From contig JAQGDQ010000373.1 in assembly GCA_030141605.1 (NCBI GenBank), positions 124,001 through 188,000 on the forward strand: a DNA stretch of 64,000 nt, read 5' to 3'. Under the pieces are notes generated by a model. That model had not been told where the DNA came from. It saw only the letters and a program-made list of their open reading frames with translations, and ran no database searches. Shown in pieces: positions 22,901 to 37,900 of the stretch (within the stretch, counting starts at the first letter, position 1; the number at the start of each line of letters is the position of its first letter). The DNA comes from Tubiluchus corallicola. Lineage: Eukaryota > Animalia > Priapulida. The translations under genes and the position numbers were made by a program.

Positions 22901-25900
22901 CATCCCTCAACGGAGTAAGCAACCAGAACAAACATGACGAATGAAACTTCCCAGAACATGCACTGAACATGCATCTGGTATCCATTCACTGACCGGCCTC
23001 AACATGGCTCAACTTTGGTTGTGAGGTTACAGCAATGACACAACATACAATGACACCTGTTGCTAACATTCGGTACTACTCTAGCAATTCGCTTTTTGCT
23101 ACACCATCCAAATAGAATTAACAATACCGGGTTAGTGACAATTATAATGTTAATGTAACAGTTATGAACAAGCAGGCAACTGTTGCAGTTAAATGGCTCT
23201 GTCAGCCGACATGACAGTTACGAACAAGCAGGCAACTGTTGCAGTTAAATGGCTCTGTCGGTTAACATGACAGCTATGAACAAGCAGGCAACAGTTGCGG
23301 TTAAATGGCTCTGTTGGCTAACATGACAGCTATGAACAAGCAGGCGGCCATTACGGTTAAATGGCTCTGTTGGCTGACATGACAGCTGTGAACAAGCAGG
23401 CAACTGTTGCGGTTAAATGGCTCTGTCAGCCGACATGACAGTTACGAACAAGCAGGCAACTGTTGTAGTTAAATGGCTCTGTCTTCTAACATGACAGCTA
23501 TGAACAAGCAGGCAACTGTTGCGGTTAAATGGTTCTGTCGGGTGACATGTTACTATGTGAAATGTTACTTAGATTTTGGGACAAAGTTACACCGACGACT
23601 AATGCAGATAGCAAGACGAACTAGAGTTACTTAAATGAAGTGAAACTGCAGGCAGTGAATGCGTGATAAATTTAAAAATAAAAACAAACAAAAGGTGATG
23701 AAAAGTAAGCATCCAAGCAGAATAGCTTTGGTTGACCCAAAACGTTACTCAAATGGTGAAAACTAAATTCAATGCTTCTCAAGCAAGCGCAACGGCTCTT
23801 GCGTGAAATTGCCAACAGTTTTTAACCTCCCCGTGCCTCGGCTGCCGTGTTGCCGTGGCGACAGCTTTGCGGAACCAACTCTGCGAGTGCGCATGTGACA
23901 GTTACCATGGTTACTTACAATGCTTCCTCAGAAGAGGGGCAATCGTCGTCGGGACCCCCGTGCTCCAGCGACGATCGTACCATTGTGAACCTGACGACAA
24001 AACAATCAGAGAAAAATGCAAGCAGCTTCAAGCACATGTCAGGTAAGAGAACACAGGTAGGTAAGAAGAAATATGTTTGTCGTATTTTGTAGTGATAAGG
24101 CTTGATAGTGACTGTGATGAATGACGATGATAATGAAGATGATGATGAAGATGATGATGATGAAGATGATGATGATGATGATGATAGTAGTAATGCTGAT
24201 GGTGATGATGGTGACAATGATGATGGTGACAATGATTACGATGGTGAAGGCGACGACGACAGTGATCCGTCGACGTTGACAAAGATGATGGTTATGAACG
24301 CGTAAGTACAGGAGAATCGTGTTACGTGTTTTTCAGTTTACCGTATCTTATAGTCATCTAGTATTTAAATTTTAAAATAAACTTCCCTGACTTTTCCCTG
24401 ACCAAATAAACATTTTCCGTGACCAAGAAAATCAGAATTGCATTACCAATATACATATTCAAACATTTTTGTGTATGGACATTCATACATATACTGATAT
24501 ATAATGTGTGAACAGTTGTGGTAGTGCTAACGAAATTACACTAACCACATTAAATAAACTTTCTTAATCCAATCATTATTTTTGGAACAGAAATTGAAAC
24601 TGGGAGCCTGCCATAGCAAAATTTCATTTGAACACAAATCGCTGAAAAATATGTTTGGAAAAATATCGGTTCATCGTGATTATTTTTGCAACCCTTTCTA
24701 ATTTCCCTGGCTTTTCATCCATTTTCATCATTTTCCCTGACTTTTTACCAAATTATCTTTTTCCCTGACTTTTCCATGACTTTGCAGGATAACTTGTATT
24801 TTCAAGGATTTTCCCTGACTGTGTGAACCCTGTTTAAATTTAAACGTTTTTGACGTGAGCAACCCGAATGCAATTTGTTAAAAATTACTTGAACCGACAA
24901 TTGAAAAATTGCTTTGACTCCAAGAAATAGTGCTTCTGAATCAATATAGTAACTATGACCAACCGCAGATGTTTTTGTGTTCACCCAATCAAATGCTAAC
25001 CAGAGCAAGTAGTGCTTCACTTTGGGAAACCAGTCCTGCGCTACACCACAAACCATTTTTTACTTGACTGCACTTGTAAAGAATGTTGTAACTTTATAGA
25101 GGCAAATTTCATAAATAAATCTGCATTATATAAAGATGAAATCATGTCTGGTCGGGTTTAATTTATGCGTAATTTATTCACGCCCATGCAGTGTGGACAT
25201 GCCTCAAATAAACGCGGAGTAGTATAAGAAAAAGCATGGCCCCAAACTATCAAAGATTTGAGCCAAGGAGGGTCAAAATACAAGCTCGTTAAGCCACTCA
25301 GTGACCACTGGTTTAAAGCACAAGAAAACCCTCCACCTACATAAAGTTTAAAAAATTCATTTTGAAATTTTATGCCACTTACTGCATACAGGGCTTGCAT
25401 CGGCCGTAGCGCTGTATAAAACTGTAAATTAAACTCGTGCGCGATGACCATTAGATGCAGTCCTTTTGATGGTAGGTCGGTAGAAACAAGTTTAGATAAC
25501 ATTGCGCGAAGTTTGAAAAAATAATCAGAGCATTCGTAGCATACTTGTCTAACTAAATAAAATTTTAAATTACTGTATCTTGTCAATAAGAATAGAAATA
25601 CATTTTTTGGTTAGTGAGTGGCGCACGATGGAGGGTGAACCAGCGATATTTTATCAATTGGCATAAACATTTCAAGTTATTATTTCTAGTTATGTAAGTC
25701 TTTCCAGCAGGTAAGTGAACTGCTAAATAATATAGATTTGCATGGAAAGTTTTTTGGGACATAATTTAACATTTCTTCCCCTGATATTTATGTGGGTGAC
25801 GTCATGTGATGGCTCAGTCGGAACAGTGTTGCGGGAGATTTAAAATGAAAACAAACAAAAATTACTTTTAACGCAAGTACGGTATATGCATAAAATTGCT

Positions 25901-28900
25901 ATAAAGTTGTATAATTTGTAAGGCGTTTTTTCTGAAACCTACTTCAGGTGCCACTTTTCTTGTCCCTTTAAGCAGTCTTACGCCACCACCACCAACACGA
26001 ATTTCAAGAATTTTTCTCTGCCATCAATTTTTGTACATATTTTGCAAACAATAAATTGGAAAAGTTTCCGTGCCCAGTAACAATTGAGACACTCCAACTG
26101 TGTCATTCATTGTAATCACTTTCGCTGTGAAATGTGTGTCAGCGTTGTTTGTGTGCTCGCAGTGTTCTTTGTTAGTAGAAGAAGAAGAAATTTTGGAAGA
26201 GGCGACGACACAGAAAAGTGCAGGAGTAGACAAATCAAGCAGTGCACGAAAGCTAGTAGTACATTCACACGAAACATCTAATGTGTGCTAACTATATCGG
26301 GTGTTTCAAAAGTCTCTCACCGTTTTTAAGCGCTCGTTAAAGGAAAAACCAACCCCCGAACAATTACACGAGGTGCTTATCACAGTTTTACTGTTCAAAC
26401 TTTCTAACATTTTTTCAAATATCAAACTAGATTCAACTTCCCAGAACTTCAAATGCCAGACTCCAAAAATCCTCAAGATTTAAGTGCGAAGTAAGAATTA
26501 ACCACATGATGAAGGTTGATAAAGAAAGTTGAACATCAAATTAGTGAGCAACTTTTGAAACACCCTGTACGATGACATCAACTACAGTACACACAGATCA
26601 TGCATTTCAGTGAAAACTTTGCAGTAAAATTCACATCAATCGCCACAATAGTTAAGAAAGCTATTAAAAGTGAATCATTCGAGCTAAAAAATGAGGGCAC
26701 TTGTGGACACTGGGCGACAACAACAGAGGGGACGTCTCTTTTAAACTCTTACAAGCCCTTGCTCACGGAAACATAATTTAAAGGAAAACCGGATGATTTT
26801 TCACATCCCTACTCCATTTTAAAATACAAAAGAAGCATACATTATAACATTGATAATAGTACCAAAGTGTTTCTGATAATTAAATAATGGATTAAAACTT
26901 CATTAACAGCAGGTGAATCCAGCTAGTGATAACGTCACAAACGGCACACAATTTTCAGCGGCACAAACAAACCCAAAGCGTGTTGCACGTGTTTGCGAAA
27001 GGGAAAACTGAAAATACAGTTATGCTGTACAACATCAAGTGTGATATATAAAGACTCGCCAAATTTTAAGTTTAAAAATTTAAATTTCAAATTTACTGCT
27101 GTGCACTCAACATGAGCTCTCATAAAGTGTGCACTACATCACAAGTGAACACGTCTGAACTGAGAGGTACAGCACCTGTTTTGTGTAACGCGTTTCTGAG
27201 TTGCAAACGCTACCGCCCATCTAACGAATAAAATGAAATGCACGTAGCTGAGCAGAGAAGTTTTAGCCAGGCAAATACGAAATTACTTTTTTCTGTGGAA
27301 ATAATTCTTTCAAATAAGTGGTTCTTCAAATTTAAAAAGAATACGCTCTTTTCAGCATTTTGTAGGGTAAACTGTGTTGGGTTGCACTTCAAAGCTGCAT
27401 CCTGTTTTCCTTTAAATAAATAACTATAATATTTACACTCATCAGACAACTTTGTGGGCTGAATTTGGGAAAAAAGCTATTTTGCTGAAACCAGCCCGTA
27501 GAACAAACTTACCTTCCATTATGGATGACAGGAGAGGAGCGGTAGCCGACGACGTTAGAGTGGAAGAGCTACCCTCTCCTTCCCTATCCTGGTACTCCTT
27601 GCGTAGACGTTTTACTTGCTCTATCCGGTCCCGAACGCACTTTGCTACTAATCGGACGTCCTCTTCGAACAAATATCCAGATTTTACCTAAACAGTTTAA
27701 AAAATCCATTACAGCGAGTGAAAACTGATTTTTATTCAGTGTCTGGAAGCACTGATTGTGACAGGACCAGCACCTAGCCTGTTAACAAATAATTAAACCC
27801 ACTACTGTCTCACAAGAAACATAGAAAATAAGATTTAATGCAACAAACTCAAACTTGCTTGGCAGACATTTTCTGCTTAAAATGAACAATTTTTCTCATG
27901 CCAGATGGCACCACGTTTGCTCAACTATGGATTATCTTCTAATCATTTTTACCAGGGGTGTGCAAATTATCTGACTAGCGGGGCCACATTAAACTTTCCC
28001 GCAATTCCTGCGGGCCACAGGCAGTTTGATCAAGGAGCCAAGTACAGAAAGGCCTAATAATGATTTTTTTGCATCCGACCTGCGTACATCATTACTACTA
28101 CACTCAAGAAACTATTTTAGAAGTTATTAAAATTTATATTACAAACCATATATTTCTACTTTCAGGACAGATAGTGGTAATTTCATTACAATGCATATTA
28201 GTAATGTGTATCGGACAGTCAGTGTAGTACAGTGACATTAAGCTACAACCGTCTTGTAAGGGTTAATGGCATCCGATCTAGTAGAAAAAACTACCCGCAC
28301 TATCTTTGGGATCACGGCACGGACTTCAGCTGGATACACTTAATTAACCGCCCGGGCCGCACTTTCATTAGGTTGACAAATCTCTTTGCGGGCCGCAATT
28401 TGCACACCCCTGATTCATACACTAAAACATTTAGAGACAAACAATGCGTGATAAATCTTCACAAAAATTTGGATTCCATGGTAACTGTAAATGCCTACCC
28501 GTTAACAGCTTATTATCAGGGGTGAGCATCGAACATTTGAATTCGATTTGAACTCGTTTTTTTAATTTGCATTTGATTCGAACCTAAAATTAGAGATTCG
28601 AAGAATTCAACACTTCAACCACAAACGTTCTTTTGTTTTTAAACATCCTAAACATCACGCAATTAGCACAACTTAGTAGCAAATCTTGTGCACAATTTTT
28701 AACATAATGGTTAGTGGAATTTGTGACACATTATTGGAGAAAATCAACTTCTATGTCTGTGTCTGTATCTATGTCTATCCACGTCTATGTCTATGTGTGC
28801 GTATGTCTATATGTATGTCTGCCTATGTCTATGTCACAAACTTACCATGTCCATGGCAATCTCTTCCGGATTGTCTTTCATCATCTCGAAGTCAAACTGG

Positions 28901-31900
28901 ATGGCTTCGTTCTCCTTGTGCTTGTCCTTCCGTTTCTTGGCGTCCACCACGCGGAGTCGCAGCTGGATCTTGTTGCTGTCGGAGGCCGCCACCGTCTCCG
29001 TGTCCATCAGTTCCACCTTGAGGCTGGCCTCCTCGAGGAAGAACGCGTGAGCCAACAGGACCTTGGCACTTGGTCTGATGATGAAAAAATGGAATCAAAA
29101 TGTAAATAATTATAATTTTTTTTTATTATTTGTAACAAGGACTCCACTGTTGGTTTGAAGTGCAGTAATTCCGATGGCAAAGCATCGTGATCAATTATAT
29201 CAGCGGTCTTTCTGGAACAAACTGACCGCGGGCTGCTCAGTGTGGTCAATCCAGGTTACAGTTAAGACACTTAGGCATTGTACAAACTGTGCTTAGTTTC
29301 TGACGTAAGCAATAGCTGTGTTCGGTTGCCATTAATTAACTTCCTAAGCTAATTATTCAAATATAAGAAACAAATGTTATCTTTTACAGGTAAGAAAATG
29401 TAAATTTTGGACATTAAATTAAGATGAGACTAAACAATCAACCGGTCTTCCTTTACACAAAAACTTTCTTGAACAGAAAGAGACATTTTGTTTACTTTAA
29501 AGAAAAGAAATGATGTTCTACTATTCAAGCATTCAATCAAGGAGCTGTAGCATAAAAAACATAGCAGAACCTTGATGGTGGTGAAAGCATGCATCAGAAA
29601 TAATTCGAATACAGCATCCCTAAAATTAAATCGTTACGTATGATGCAATTAAGAGGATCTAATTACGTACCTTTCTTTTCTGTCCGTTCTAATGCACATC
29701 TCTATCACCTCGCGTAGCAACGGATCCTCAATTTTGTCGATACTGGCCGGTTTTATACCCTGTGAGGTAAGAAACACAGTATGTAAGTCTAAATAAACAT
29801 TATGTTTAGAGCTAACACAGCAAAACATCTTTGCAAGCCGATGCAGCTGAGATGTAGAAACTTAAAAAATTCATTGTTTTGCATCTCAACACAATACCAG
29901 CGAGTTAAGGGAAACCTTAGGCATCCCTATCACTAGGAGCGTATTGACCAATAGTCTACTAGTGCACCAGAGTTTGAGGGCGTCACATTTTAAAGTAAAA
30001 TCTTATTCTCCTCGAAAAATGTACATACGGTCATATTCATGTAAAACAAGCATTGTATAACACACCACAGGCAGTTACAGAGAACACCTGCTATATAACT
30101 GCCATACAACAAACAAGTACAAGATACTACACAGCAAACAGTTGTCCAGCCTGTTTGCATATAATCGTAGTTCATACACAAGTAACTAACAATGATCATG
30201 TAGAAACTAGGATACGTTCATATTCATGTAAAGCAAGCATTGTATAACACACCACAGGCAGTTACGGAGAACAGCTGCTATATAACTGCCATACAACAAA
30301 CAAGTACAAGGTGTTGCCCAGCCTGCTTGCATATAAACGTAGTTCATACACAAGTAACTAACAATGACACGTAGAAACTGGGATAATAGTATTACTAATA
30401 CACCGCAAGTAATTACTTAATCGGAAACATAAAAACAATATATGTTATAGCTGAATACTGTACGCAAACACCAAATGCACATTGAAGAGGACTGTAAATT
30501 AAGATAAACACAAAAAGTTGTGAAGTCAGTCCCAAAAGCCTAGCGACTCCACGACTACGTGTTCTCAAAATCTTGACTCCATCTCCTGACTTAAGGCATT
30601 TTATTATACGGACTCGACCAATTACGGTGGATTTTATATCAAGAACCCCATGTAAAGCTTAGTATTGTCATGCACATAAGTATTATCACAATAATAAGTG
30701 CAAAGCAAAGCCGCCTGCTGCACCAGTTCAGTAACTTCAGTTGTTTGACATGGACTTTACTGATTATGCTTTAATCTGTACGTACAGTGATTTACTAGTA
30801 GGATCTTGCTTGGGAACAAGAAAAAATGAACTGGGTGAAGTTCTAGCTAGCTGTTAAAACATGTTAATTGACATTTTTGTTATTAGCACTCACCATTGTC
30901 ACACGCTTGTAGATCTGTGCAGGATTCTGGCACTCACAGTACGGGTACTCGCTGGTCGCCATCTCCAGCGTGCACATGCCGAACGCGTAGACGTCGACCG
31001 ACTCGTCGTAGTGCTCTTCGTACATCTCGGGTGCCATGAACTCCGGCGTACCTTTAAAGTAATGTAAGCAAAAAATGCTAAACTTCCGCATAGACAGCAG
31101 TAGTAACAACACCTGTGGGGAAGAAACAAAAAGTGGGAGGACCCGATTAGTGAGAAGTCATATTGAAGGGCCTTCAGGCCGAATTACGTGCTTCACGCAC
31201 ATTAATAACAAAATAATGTGGATTCTGGATTAGAAATTTAATGATTTTTAAACTGCGTCTTACAACAGAACTTACGACTTGTCCAAAAACAAGAAAATCG
31301 TGACTCTCTAAGGCAATTCAAACATACAGATTGGGTAGTATTCCTTCTCCATCTAATAAAAGATTTCTCAACGTTCGCAAAGGTGTTGACTTGTCCTTTA
31401 ACTGTGCAAATTATGTGCTTCACACACATTAATATCAAAATAATGTGGATTCTGGATTGAATATTTAATCATTTTTAAACTGCATCTCACAACAGCACTT
31501 ACGACTTATCCAAAAACAAGAAAATGCATTTTCAAGCACTCGGATTTACTAGTATTCGTCCCTATCTAATAAAGATTTCTCAACGTTCTCAAAGGTGTTG
31601 ACTTGTCCTTTAACTGCGCAAATTACTGAAACGCAGCACCAGCCGGAACAGGTGCTGTACAACACAAGACATACATCGTATTTACATAAACTGAATTTTG
31701 TTGCTTATACAGATAAATTCAAACACAAAAATTGCTAATGATACAAAGTGCAGGGTACTTTGTTACACAAACGCATCCAAGGTTGCATGTTTGCCTGCCA
31801 TTTCTCTTTGTACTTTTCATAGTTTAAGATTCGTACTGTAAAACTAAATAAACTCAGCAAACTCGAGCAAAGTTTAAACAGTGCGTGTGCCTTACATCAT

Positions 31901-34900
31901 AGCGCTTCACACACCAAAGCAGGTACAGAAATGTCGAAGAATAAAATAGTTTGGCATCAAGGCATCTAATTAGTGCCGTTGCAGTAAGCATCATCCAGCA
32001 GTGTTACTCCGGATACAGTAGTGTTACTCCGGATACAGTAGTGTTACTCCGAATCCAGTAGTGTTACTCCGGATACAGTAGTGTTACTCCGGATCCAGTA
32101 GTGTTACTCCGGATCCAGTAGTGTTACTCCGGATCCAGTAGTGTTACTCCGGACACTGTAGTGTTACTCCGGATACAGTAGTGTTACTCCGGATCCAGTA
32201 GTGTTACTCCGGATCCAGTAGTGTTACTCCGGACACTGTAGTGTTACTTCGGATACAGTAGTGTTATTCCGAATCCAGTAGTGTTACTCCGGATCCAGTA
32301 GTGTTACTCCGGATCCAGTAGTGTTACTCCGGATCCAGTAGTGCTACTCCGGATCCAGTAGTGTTACTCCGGATACAGTAGTGTTACTCCGGATCCAGTA
32401 GTGTTACTCAGGATACAGTAGTGTTACTCCGGATACTGTAGTGTTACTCCGGATACAGTAGTGTTACTCCGAATCCAGTAGTGTTACTCCGGATCCAGTA
32501 GTGTTACTCCAGATCCAGTAGTGTTACTCCAGATCCAGTAGTGTTACTCCGGATCCAGTAGTGTTACTCCGGATACAGTAGTGTTACTCCGAATCCAGTA
32601 GTGTTACTCCGGATCCAGTAGTGTTACTCCGGATCCAGTAGTGTTACTCCGGATACAGTAGTGTTACTACGGATACAGTAGTGTTACTCCGAATCCAGTA
32701 GTGTTACTCCGGATACAGTAGTGTTACTCCGGATACAGTAGTGTTACTCCGGATACAGTAGTGTTACTCCGGATACAGTAGTGTTACTCCGGATACAGTA
32801 GTGTTACTCCGGATACAGTAGTGTTACTCCGGATCCAGTAGTGTTACTCCGGATCCAGTAGTGTTACTCCGAATCCAGTAGTGTTACTCCGGATCCAGTA
32901 GTGTTACTCCGGATCCAGTAGTGTTACTCCGAATCCAGTAGTGTTACTCCGGATACAGTAGTGTTACTCCGGATACAGTAGTGTTACTCCGGATCCAGTA
33001 GTGTTACTCCGGATCCAGTAGTGCTACTCCGGATCCAGTAGTGTTACTCCGGATCCAGTAGTGTTATTCTGGATCCAGTAGTGTTACTCCGGATACAGTA
33101 GTGTTACTACGGATACAGTAGTGTTACTCCGGATCCAGTAGTGTTACTACGGATCCAGTAGTGTTACTCCGGATCCAGTAGTGTTACTCCAGATCCAGTA
33201 GTGTTATTCCGGATCCAGTAGTGTTACTCCAGATACAGTAGTGTTATTCCGGATCCAGTAGTGTTATTCCGGATCTAGTAGTGTTACTTCGAATCCAGTA
33301 GTGTTACTCCGGATCCAGTAGTGCTACTCCGAATCCAGTAGTGTTACTCCGAATCCAGTAGTGTTACTCCGAATCCAGTAGTGTTACTCCGAATCCAGCA
33401 GTGTTACTTCGAATCCAGTAGTGTTACTCCGGATACAGTAGTGTTACTACGGATCCAGTAGTGTTACTCCGGATACAGTAGTGTTACTCCGGATACAGTA
33501 GTGTTACTCCGGATCCAGTAGTGTTACTCCGGATCCAGTAGTGCTACTCCGGATCCAGTAGTGTTACTCCGGATCCAGTAGTGTTATTCTGGATCCAGTA
33601 GTGTTACTCCGGATACAGTAGTGTTACTACGGATACAGTAGTGTTACTCCGGATCCAGTAGTGTTACTACGGATCCAGTAGTGTTACTCCGGATCCAGTA
33701 GTGTTACTCCAGATCCAGTAGTGTTATTCCGGATCCAGTAGTGTTACTCCAGATACAGTAGTGTTATTCCGGATCCAGTAGTGTTATTCCGGATCTAGTA
33801 GTGTTACTTCGAATCCAGTAGTGTTACTCCGGATCCAGTAGTGCTACTCCGAATCCAGTAGTGTTACTCCGAATCCAGTAGTGTTACTCCGAATCCAGTA
33901 GTGTTACTCCGAATCCAGCAGTGTTACTTCGAATCCAGTAGTGTTACTCCGGATACAGTAGTGTTACTACGGATCCAGTAGTGTTACTCCGGATCCAGTA
34001 GTGTTACTCCGGATACAGTAGTGTTACTCCGAATCCAGTAGTGTTACTCCGAATCCAGTAGTGTTACTCCGGATACAGTAGTGTTATTATTGACCTACAG
34101 TTTACGATTGAGTCCGGTTTTGCTTTAACCTTTTGCTTTACATGTTATGTTGTTGCCACACATGCACATTATTTTTATACAGGACACTGCAATGACATGT
34201 TCTTGACGTAGACGGGTGTGGCAGGACAGGCACTTATCACATTACCTCTGATAGTCCTCTCAAGTTTGGATGAAACGAAATTCGGATCTTCACCCTAACC
34301 CTAACCACACTTGCGTTGGTATTAACGCTATTTGCCCAAAGTCCGGACGCACACACAATCGACGTCGCCATTGCTGGCAGGCTACGGTGCAAGTTACAAC
34401 GCTACAAGTAGGGAATACCGAATGTACACAACAACGTTTTCAAACATTTTCGGCAGTTAGAAGAGAAAGAGCAAAAATAAATGCGGAGCCATTCTACCGG
34501 GACGGGAAACAGAATATCTAATGCAAACAAACAGCCCATCAGCTGTCATTAAACAGCCAATGAATAAGAAATTCCAATGCGGAGGATTCACGCTATCTTG
34601 TTCTGAGCTCAGCAATTTTCTTGCTCTGATAAACAGCTTTAAAGCAACAGTGGAGTTAAAATTCACATTTCATCCGAAACAATTTGAAAAATTCGACAAA
34701 CTCGATCGAGTCGCCAACTCTCACATTTTCAAGCAAGATCAGTCTGCCCATCTTTCGTTACTTGAGTTATTAGAGTAAATTGAAAAACATATTTTAAAAT
34801 TAATTCCCCCGCCCCTGCACACCTAAAGTAAATACTTTTCAGCTATCAACAACTGAATATTTATCTGAACGTAGAAATGACATTTGCAAAAAAAATTTTT

Positions 34901-37900
34901 TAAGCCAATCTAAAATCAAGGCAGCAGACTCCATTATTTATTTCCCAAACACAACCCCCGTAAGCGCAATCTTCGTACACAAGTGATGTACCCTTTACCT
35001 CTTTGCAGTACTGAATGTTTTAAAAGTAGTTTTATATCAAATGCAGTTTTTAATTATCAGTAAGTTCATTACTACTGTATACACTGTGACACGAGATAAT
35101 ATAATAACAGATTTTAATAAGATTGTAAGTAGATAATTGTCTTTTAAATGTAATTTAAACTTTAGTCGATTTTAATTAATTCTAGATAAAGACTTTTTAG
35201 TGTAACGTAATATAACCGTCAGATACAAGAACTTTCATAAACTTTAAACTCTATTAACTCCAGACAATTCTGATAAACAAAGATCGCACAACAAGGAAAC
35301 ATCTTATTCACAGTGAACTAGTCTATGTCTGCCTCAAGGAGTTCGGAAATCACGGCAAATAACCGTGCATTTAAATCAGTAAAAGAGTACGTCATTAATG
35401 TAGGTAAGAAAAGGCAGCGGGCCAAGGGTAAGTCCTTGGGGTACTCCACACAGTTTCATTGAAAGTCACATCACTGAGTCGCTTGCACCAAGCTTTTGGA
35501 TTCCATGTGGATGCAGCACTTGTGGGCAAATTGCCCCAAATCTAAATATTATAATATACAAAAATTATGTTACTGTATATTAAAGTTCTTTTTTAGCAAT
35601 AGAACTGTTCATCTGCATAACAGCTTACCTGAGTATATAGTGTTGGCCCGAGTACAAATGCTTTTAAGGAAAGATATGACAGACAATATCATAATTTGTA
35701 AAATAATTCGATACCATTAACGGGGAAAGTAGTAATCAGTTTTAGAAATATTTTTACGATGTACGTTTTTATGTATTGAATTTACACTTTTATCACACAA
35801 TCTTAATTAAAGTTTATTGTTATAACTCTTGTAACCCGAAGGATAAATTACATTAATTAAAAGAGACTGATTTTTAAATTACATTTAAAAGACAATAATT
35901 TAGGTTAAGATCAATCTTATTAAAATCCATTATTATAATATCTCGTGTCACATTGTATACAGTTAGTAATGCACTGATCATTGTTATAAATAGACTAGGA
36001 GCAATTATTATAGCACACAGTTTTGACTTTGTGCAAAATGTTTGGAATGGTTTTGTTGTGATGATGTGCTGTTGGTGTTGGTGCTGTAGGTGTCGTCATC
36101 GTTGCTGCCATCATCATCATCATCTACAACATCATGATCACCATGCGAGGTGGTGGATTTGACGTGGTGTGGGTTGTGAGTGTTGTGTTATGGATGGTGT
36201 GGTGGGGTGGTAGGGTGTGTGGGGTGTTGGTGGAGTGGAGTGGGTCGTGTGGTGGATGTGGTTTAGTGTGGTCTGGGTGGTAATGGTATGGTATGTTTGG
36301 TATGGCGCTTTTTTATGAGTTTGCTCCCTCTAACTTTAGAACCTGGCTACGCACGCCCCTGTAACGGTGCCTTTTTTGTGTGCTTGCTCCCTCTAACTTA
36401 AGAACCTAGCTATGCCCCTGTAACGCTGCCTTTTTATGAGCTTGCTCTCTCTAACTTTAAAACTTGGTTACACCCCTGTCATGGTGTCTTTTTAATGGGC
36501 TTGCTTTCCCTACCTTGGTACCTCCCTGAATAAGTTGGATGTTGGTCAAAATACCTACAACACCACCTAGAATCGAATAATAAAGACCACTCACGTAAAT
36601 CCAATCTGACCAATTTCAGTTTACCAGTCTGGAAAGCAAATTAATTCGTAACTAGAAATCATTGATACAATTCAGTTCCACGAGGCAATCATTTATCCGA
36701 CGTATTGATCCGGACGCAAACACACACGGAGAAGACGCTTTCCCAGACTATCATCCGCAGAAATTGATCAATTACTTCCCACAATATGTACCCAGATCAA
36801 CGGAATTTACCAAGCCAAACCAGCAGAGACGTGGACAAAAGGAGGCATGATTAGCGAAAACTTCGTACAAAACGACCTTGACGAAACTGGCTTCGCTCGA
36901 CCAAGAGACAATTAATCAGGTAATAGACGGCATTATCTTCAAGAAAGTTTCAATAAGCACGACAATAATTCGCCCACTCGCGGAGTTCTTATAAGTAAAC
37001 ATTCATCCAGTCCCGAGGTGACGCAATCCCACAATGCAACTGCTAAAACAAGTGAACAGTAGTGCTGCCTTATATAATTTCATCAACAACTGACATGGTA
37101 CACTCATATCTCGCACAAAATTTGGTCCATTATTTTACAAGCTGACCGTTGGATGGCGGGCCGTAACTTTGTTTACATCAGCGTAACCACGTGTATATCT
37201 CTATATATAAAAATATAGAGCAAATTATGCGGAGTTATTCGAGTCAATTGCTAACAGCTTTTATATACTTTTGCATAGCAACGGCCCATACTAGACGTTT
37301 TTGAGACAATTAGGGGATTGATTTTACATAACAGTGAGTCTAAAACACGGCACTTACTATACTGCTTAGTATTGGAAAATACGGGCAATCGACAAATTCC
37401 ATAACGCAATTTTGGAAACAACTGAACGACAGCGAAGCAATATACATTACACAATTCGATCAACAACGAACATCATAATCCCATAATGCAACAGTCAAAA
37501 ACAAGTGAACAGCAGTGCTGACGTATGTAAATCGACCAACAACGAAGACCGTAAATTTCAAATCCCATAATGCAACCGTCAAACAAGTGAACAGTACTAA
37601 AGGTGTATGCAATTCGTGGCAATAACGAACACTGTAGTCCTATAATGCAACCGAACCAATACTGCAATGCAACTAAGACGTACGATGAAATTCATGCAGT
37701 TCGGGACTCAGCAAAGCCCACAATGCAACAGCTGCTACAAGTGAGCAGCAGCAAATATAAATGAAATTCACAAATCCTGGATGACGCAATCCCACAATCC
37801 AACAGATGGAACAATGAAACAACACAAGACTTACCTAAAATCACACACAGAGGACGTATCACATAGCAAATCAAAGCACAAGAAAACCCTCCACTTACTT

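Noticed and set aside
23915-24305. Poly-Asp, poly-His and poly-Ser ORFs
   Set aside because: Translation of a (GAT)n repeat; only the 72-nt segment with splice sites is retained as a candidate
31994-34088. CRISPR-like regular repeat
   Set aside because: Units are head-to-tail with no unique spacers, there are no cas genes, and the context is a eukaryotic intron
34291-34306. Interstitial telomeric repeat (CCCTAA)
   Set aside because: Only ~2.5 units; such short motifs are common in transposon ends
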